Positions 27,407-31,445 of a stretch of DNA of 31,445 bases are shown piece by piece. Below the pieces are notes generated by a model that saw only the letters and a program-made list of their open reading frames with translations, searched no databases and was not told where the DNA came from. The stretch spans positions 1 through 31,445 of the forward strand of contig CAYORP010000218.1 in the NCBI GenBank assembly GCA_964406415.1. The letters are read 5' to 3'. The position numbers and the translations under genes were made by a program. The stretch comes from an uncultured bacterium (GTDB lineage: Bacteria; Ratteibacteria; UBA8468; B48-G9; JAFGKM01). The first letter of the stretch is position 1. Every line of letters starts with the position of its first letter.

Positions 27407-28797
27407 AAGAGCAGTTTTTGAGTTATCAGGAAAGCGCCCGGGAGGTACTTTCAAAAAAACAGGTTTTTATATCTGCGTTTATTATTTTAGTCCTTATTTA
27501 TGGCTGGTTTTACAGACCTGACAGGGCATTCATATATGTGAACCTTGCAGTGATGCTCTTTTATCTGATATTTATGTTTTACAAGGTGGTAATAATATTA
27601 CGTTCGGGTCGTAAAGAAGGTATGTTAAGGGTCTCCGCTGAAGAAATCAGCCAGTTAACGGATGAACATCTGCCGATTTACACCATACTTGTACCACTAT
27701 ACAGGGAAACAGAGGTTTTAAGACAGATAGTTGAATCCATTGAAAAGATGGACTATCCCATTGAAAAGATGGACATAAAACTTCTACTTGAAGAGGACGA
27801 CACCGAAACAATAGAGGCGTGCAAAAGTCTGAATCTTCACCCCTCTTTCAGCATGGTCATTGTGCCCGATGGAATACCGAAAACCAAGCCCCGTGCCTGT
27901 AATGTCGGACTCTCTCTGGCAAAGGGGAAATATACGGTCATATATGATGTAGAAGATATACCTGAACCTGACCAGTTAAAAAAGAGCATCGCAGGGTTTT
28001 CCATGTCCCCTGAAAGGGTCGTCTGCCTTCAGGCAAAACTTAACTTTTATAACCAGCGGCAGAACCTTCTAACCCGCTGGTTTACCCTTGAATATTCCAT
28101 GTGGTTTGACCTGTACCTTCCCGCTCTCGGTCTGATTGATGCTCCCATACCTCTTGGAGGGACGTCAAACCACTTTGTTACGGAGAAGATTAAAGAACTG
28201 GGAGGATGGGACGCTTTCAACGTTACCGAAGACTGCGACCTCGGCATCAGGATATACCGCTCCGGCTACCGCACACTTATGCTTGACTCAACAACATGGG
28301 AAGAAGCCTGCAGTAACCTCAGATACTGGCTGCCCCAGAGGTCAAGATGGGTCAAGGGACACATCCAGACATATCTTGTGCACCTCAAGCACCCTGCCCT
28401 CCTGTTGAAACAGATAGGTATAAAAAAGATTATACACTTCCATCTTTTGATAGGAGGAATGTTCTTTTCTCTTTTGATTAACCCTTTCTACTGGATTTTC
28501 CTTGCAATATGGATTCTGACACGCTGGGATATAATGGCAGTCTTCTTTCCACCTGCAGTCTTTGCCATGGGGGCTGTATGCCTTTTCCTCGGCAATTTCG
28601 CATTCATATATACAGTTGCTGTGGGGGCAGCACACAGGGGATATTACGACCTTGTTAAGTATGCTTTTTTGATACCTCCTTACTGGGTTCTTATGAGTAT
28701 AGGTGCGTGGCGAGGTTTTATACAACTGATTGTAAATCCTTTTTACTGGGATAAGACAAAACATGGATTTTTCAGGTTCGGAGGCCATAATGACTGA
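27388..28797 (+). CDS. Processive membrane GT2 glycosyltransferase (cellulose-synthase-like superfamily)
   Basis: Two N-terminal TM helices; TILVPLYRE, EEDD, TKPRACN, YDVED (DxD-like), GGTSNHF, VTEDCDLG (TED), QRSRW (QxxRW); further C-terminal TM helices. 19-nt overlap with the upstream gene. Confidence 0.92.
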   Translation: MDKSQIKEQFLSYQESAREVLSKKQVFISAFIILVLIYGWFYRPDRAFIYVNLAVMLFYLIFMFYKVVIILRSGRKEGMLRVSAEEISQLTDEHLPIYTILVPLYRETEVLRQIVESIEKMDYPIEKMDIKLLLEEDDTETIEACKSLNLHPSFSMVIVPDGIPKTKPRACNVGLSLAKGKYTVIYDVEDIPEPDQLKKSIAGFSMSPERVVCLQAKLNFYNQRQNLLTRWFTLEYSMWFDLYLPALGLIDAPIPLGGTSNHFVTEKIKELGGWDAFNVTEDCDLGIRIYRSGYRTLMLDSTTWEEACSNLRYWLPQRSRWVKGHIQTYLVHLKHPALLLKQIGIKKIIHFHLLIGGMFFSLLINPFYWIFLAIWILTRWDIMAVFFPPAVFAMGAVCLFLGNFAFIYTVAVGAAHRGYYDLVKYAFLIPPYWVLMSIGAWRGFIQLIVNPFYWDKTKHGFFRFGGHND

Positions 28798-30058
28798 AAA
28801 ACAATTCTCGTCCGAACAGCACATTATCTTTCTCACATTTTTCACAGTCTATCTGTCTGCGGCAGTATATATTAAAATACACATCGGGTATCTACCGGAA
28901 GAATTAATCATACGCACTCAACAGTTCCTTGATATTATAGCGGGAAACCAGAATGCAAAGCAGAGCATTATTGGCTCTGTACTGCTACCTCCGCTTCCGG
29001 CGATACTCAGGACGCCTTTTGCCCTCCTGCCTCTTGAGATAAATACGCTGTTTATGGGCAGTGTTATATCTGCCCTTTTTGGTGCGGGTTCGGTGCTCTT
29101 TCTGAACACCCTGATGAAGAATTATAACTGGAACAGACTGACAAGAGTTTTTTTTCTCGCTTTATTCGGCCTGCACCCTCTTTTTGCATTTACCTCTACC
29201 TCCGGCTCAGACACTGCTACCTTCATATTCTTCTTTACGGGCTCTCTGGTCTACATGCTCCTGTATCTCAAAGAAGAGCAGATGCGCCCTCTCCTCTTTA
29301 TGACACTATTTTTATCCCTTATGCTTATCACGACAGTAGAGGGACTGCTTTATGCACTTTTTATCGTACTCGTGTTTGTGGCGGTAACACTTTTTAGAAA
29401 GCACCCACCATCCTTTAAGGAAGGTACGCTGCTTCTCGCCTTACTGCCCCCGGTCTACACTGTATTTGTCTGGGGTTTATTCAACTGGTTTATCCTGGGA
29501 GACTTCTTTTATTTCCTGAGAGGTATCTCCTTTTACCTGCAGGGCTTTTCTTTTTCTCAGATATCGTTTATCCCGTTGCTTTTTTTACTGCTGGTTGAAA
29601 TTCTTTCGTTTCAGTCTTCAGGATATACGCCTTCAAAAACTGTGAAGGTATCATCTGTACTGATTCTACTTGCCCTTGCATACATCTTCGTCAGCCCCGT
29701 TCATACGATTGGCGGTGAGATAAGAAGAACAAAAAACAGGGTTATGGACGAGATTAAACTGATACGCCAGATTGAACGGTTTCCTGAAGACGCAAGGTTT
29801 ATAATAACAGGTTACAGGGGGTATATACTCAAACACTATGCAGTTTCTTCAGACAACCTCCTGCACATATTTGATTTTTATGCGGACAACATCTATCCTG
29901 CAGACAAACCGTCTTTTCTCCTTCTATATGAACCAACACCCGGGAGCATACTGGACGGTATATATTACAGGTACGGGGATATTTATAACACAGGGGCGGA
30001 CTTTCTTCTTCTTGAAAAAGAACTCCCCGGCTGGAAGATATACCGCTTTATATTTTAA
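28790..30058 (+). CDS. Polytopic membrane protein, GT-C (ArnT/PMT-like) superfamily candidate
   Basis: About 9-10 hydrophobic segments; first loop PEELIIR...LLPPLPAILRTP; LHPLF...GSDT; soluble C-terminal tail. Start moved from 28763 to ATG 28790 (GGAGG at 28780-28784, 8-nt overlap with the GT2 stop). Confidence 0.65.
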   Translation: MTEKQFSSEQHIIFLTFFTVYLSAAVYIKIHIGYLPEELIIRTQQFLDIIAGNQNAKQSIIGSVLLPPLPAILRTPFALLPLEINTLFMGSVISALFGAGSVLFLNTLMKNYNWNRLTRVFFLALFGLHPLFAFTSTSGSDTATFIFFFTGSLVYMLLYLKEEQMRPLLFMTLFLSLMLITTVEGLLYALFIVLVFVAVTLFRKHPPSFKEGTLLLALLPPVYTVFVWGLFNWFILGDFFYFLRGISFYLQGFSFSQISFIPLLFLLLVEILSFQSSGYTPSKTVKVSSVLILLALAYIFVSPVHTIGGEIRRTKNRVMDEIKLIRQIERFPEDARFIITGYRGYILKHYAVSSDNLLHIFDFYADNIYPADKPSFLLLYEPTPGSILDGIYYRYGDIYNTGADFLLLEKELPGWKIYRFIF

Positions 30059-30104
30059 TTCTCTTTACCTGCGGCTACCTTGAACTGGAATTATCTTTAC
30101 TGTG

Positions 30105-30132
30105 TTGATTTTTATTGAATATACTGTAAAAT
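30105..30132 (+). promoter_or_regulatory. Candidate promoter for aldo/keto reductase 1
   Basis: TTGATT (30105-30110), 16 bp, TAAAAT (30127-30132). It would give a very short leader with no SD. Confidence 0.4.
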
Positions 30133-30144
30133 ATTAATGAGCAA

Positions 30145-31122
30145 ATGGAATATATTAAACTGGGTGGATTGGGTGCTTCAAGAGTCTGTATGGGCTGCTG
30201 GAATATAGTGGGGGATGCTACATGGGGGCCCCAGGATGAAAAAGAATCCATAGAGACCATCAAAACTGCACTTGACAACGGGGTAAACTTTTTTGATACT
30301 GCAGAGGCATATGGTAACGGCTACTCTGAGGAACTTCTGGGTAAAACCCTTTCCGGACTGAGAGACAGGGTTGTAATAGCAACAAAAACAGCAAGGTTAT
30401 CCCCTGATGAGATAACAAAAAGGTGTGAAGAAAGTTTAAAACGTCTGAAGACCGACTATGTGGATTTATATTATCTACACTGGCCTGACTGGAATATACC
30501 GCTGGAAGAAACCGTTAATGCAGTAAAAAAACTGGAGAAAGCGGGTAAGATAAGGATGTGTGCTGTCTCCAACTTCGGCAGGCGTGACTTAAACGACATC
30601 CTGAAATATTACGAGGTAAAAATAAATCAGGTTGCCTACAACCTGCTTTTCCGGGCTGTGGAGTTTGAAATTCTACCTGAGTGCATAAAAAACAGTGTGG
30701 GAATTGCCTGTTATTCATCAATAGCAGAGGGACTGCTGACAGGAAAATTTTCTTCCCCGGATGAGGTGCCTGAAGGTAGGGCAAGGACGAGACACTTCTC
30801 TATGTCACGCCCACAGACTGGACACAACGAAGAAGGGGTTGAGGAACTCACCTTTAATGCAATAAAGGAGATAGGTGAGATTGCAGATGAACTTTCCATT
30901 TCTATGGCTGAGATATCTCTTGCATGGCTGCTTGCCAGAAAGGGTGTCTCTTTTGTCATTGCCGGTGCTCGCAAACCATCCCAGATTATTCAAAACAGCA
31001 AGGCAGGAAATCTGAAACTGCCAAAAGACGTTGTTTCAAGACTGGACAAGGTTACAGAAAAACTGAAATCCTCTCTCGGTTCCAATCCAGATATGTGGAA
31101 ATCAATCCCCAGAATAAGATAG
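30145..31122 (+). CDS. Aldo/keto reductase (NAD(P)H-dependent)
   Basis: LGGLGASRVCMGCW, FFDTAEAYGNG (catalytic D and Y), IATK, DLYYLHWPD, VSNF, NQVAYNLL, GLLTGKF, IAGARKPSQI. Confidence 0.95.
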   Translation: MEYIKLGGLGASRVCMGCWNIVGDATWGPQDEKESIETIKTALDNGVNFFDTAEAYGNGYSEELLGKTLSGLRDRVVIATKTARLSPDEITKRCEESLKRLKTDYVDLYYLHWPDWNIPLEETVNAVKKLEKAGKIRMCAVSNFGRRDLNDILKYYEVKINQVAYNLLFRAVEFEILPECIKNSVGIACYSSIAEGLLTGKFSSPDEVPEGRARTRHFSMSRPQTGHNEEGVEELTFNAIKEIGEIADELSISMAEISLAWLLARKGVSFVIAGARKPSQIIQNSKAGNLKLPKDVVSRLDKVTEKLKSSLGSNPDMWKSIPRIR

Positions 31123-31216
31123 AAAAATTCCCATGATTACTAAATCTTTTCAGGCGTGGCAAGTCAGAATAAAAATAGTCAGGGAAAAATAAAAACCGCA
31201 GCATCTACCTTCTTGT

Positions 31217-31244
31217 TTGACAAAAAATCTCTGTGTGTTTAAAT
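31217..31244 (+). promoter_or_regulatory. Candidate promoter for aldo/keto reductase 2
   Basis: Perfect TTGACA (31217-31222), 16 bp, TTAAAT (31239-31244) preceded by TGn. Confidence 0.5.
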
Positions 31245-31330
31245 ATAAACTGTAGATTCTAAATTTAACATTTTTACATCAATCCACCTCGGGATGATAT
31301 GTCAAAAAACAGGTTGAAAAGGAGGAAGCT

Positions 31331-31445
31331 ATGGATATGCAATATACAAATTTAGGAGATACAGGACTGAAGGTTTCGCGTATCTGCCTGGGGGCAATGA
31401 ACTTCGGCAGTTATCAGGAAGAAGAAAAAGATATAGAGATTATCA
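31331..31445 (+). CDS. Aldo/keto reductase 2, N-terminal fragment truncated by the window end
   Basis: GGAGG SD at 31321-31325; MDMQYTNLGDTGLKVSRICLGAMNFG is a canonical AKR N-terminus. Confidence 0.88.
   Translation, partial: MDMQYTNLGDTGLKVSRICLGAMNFGSYQEEEKDIEII

Noticed and set aside
27388-28797. Calling the GT2 bcsA (cellulose synthase)
   Set aside because: Too short, no PilZ domain, QRSRW rather than QRxRWA context, and no bcsB/bcsC/bcsZ; the product cannot be assigned.
30137-30208. Trp-rich 23-codon ORF (MSKWNILNWVDWVL...) overlapping the AKR start, like a leader peptide
   Set aside because: It is an out-of-frame reading of AKR codons, with no attenuator structure and no link to tryptophan metabolism.
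67-31136. Numerous 60-175 aa antisense or alternate-frame ORFs in the track (e.g. 3808-4278, 9800-10237, 25021-25548, 28342-28845)
   Set aside because: They lie inside or opposite long motif-bearing genes, have no SD or recognisable motifs, and are expected shadows of biased coding DNA.
31133-31330. Short ORFs in the AKR intergenic region (MITKSFQAW..., MICQKTG)
   Set aside because: No SD, very short, no motif.
1-31445. tRNA/rRNA genes, CRISPR arrays, IS elements, integrases, defence genes
   Set aside because: Intergenic gaps are all under about 210 bp and show no periodic repeats, terminal inverted repeats or RNA-gene hallmarks; no ORF carries such motifs.

Overview
Low-GC, gene-dense bacterial window, almost all on the + strand, with no RNA genes, CRISPR array or mobile element that I can support. 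The DUF1559-type pilin-like genes suggest a PVC-related or Omnitrophota/Ratteibacteria-like host, but this is inference only. (1) 47-17219 is a tightly coupled glycan-degradation operon. It has two type IV pilin-like proteins (N-methylation motif, DUF1559-like, H-X9-DG type), four large secreted paralogous clan GH-A/GH42-like enzymes, a FlgD-Ig/NHL protein, a CE4-like deacetylase and a GH20 hexosaminidase. No transporter or regulator is visible in the window. (2) 17227-22546 holds an inverted SGNH esterase, divergently transcribed from a C45 Ntn-hydrolase and a GH106-like glycosidase. (3) 22722-30058 is a five-gene, translationally coupled operon of different composition. It encodes a 47-aa lipoprotein missed by the ORF track, a membrane-anchored GH5-like protein with a deviant active site, a DUF2341-PA14-PKD-pseudo-SGNH protein, a processive GT2 and a GT-C-like membrane protein. 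It looks like an uncharacterised glycan synthesis and export system. (4) 30145-end has two tandem aldo/keto reductases, the second truncated by the window edge. All family calls come from motif recognition by eye, not from database searches.
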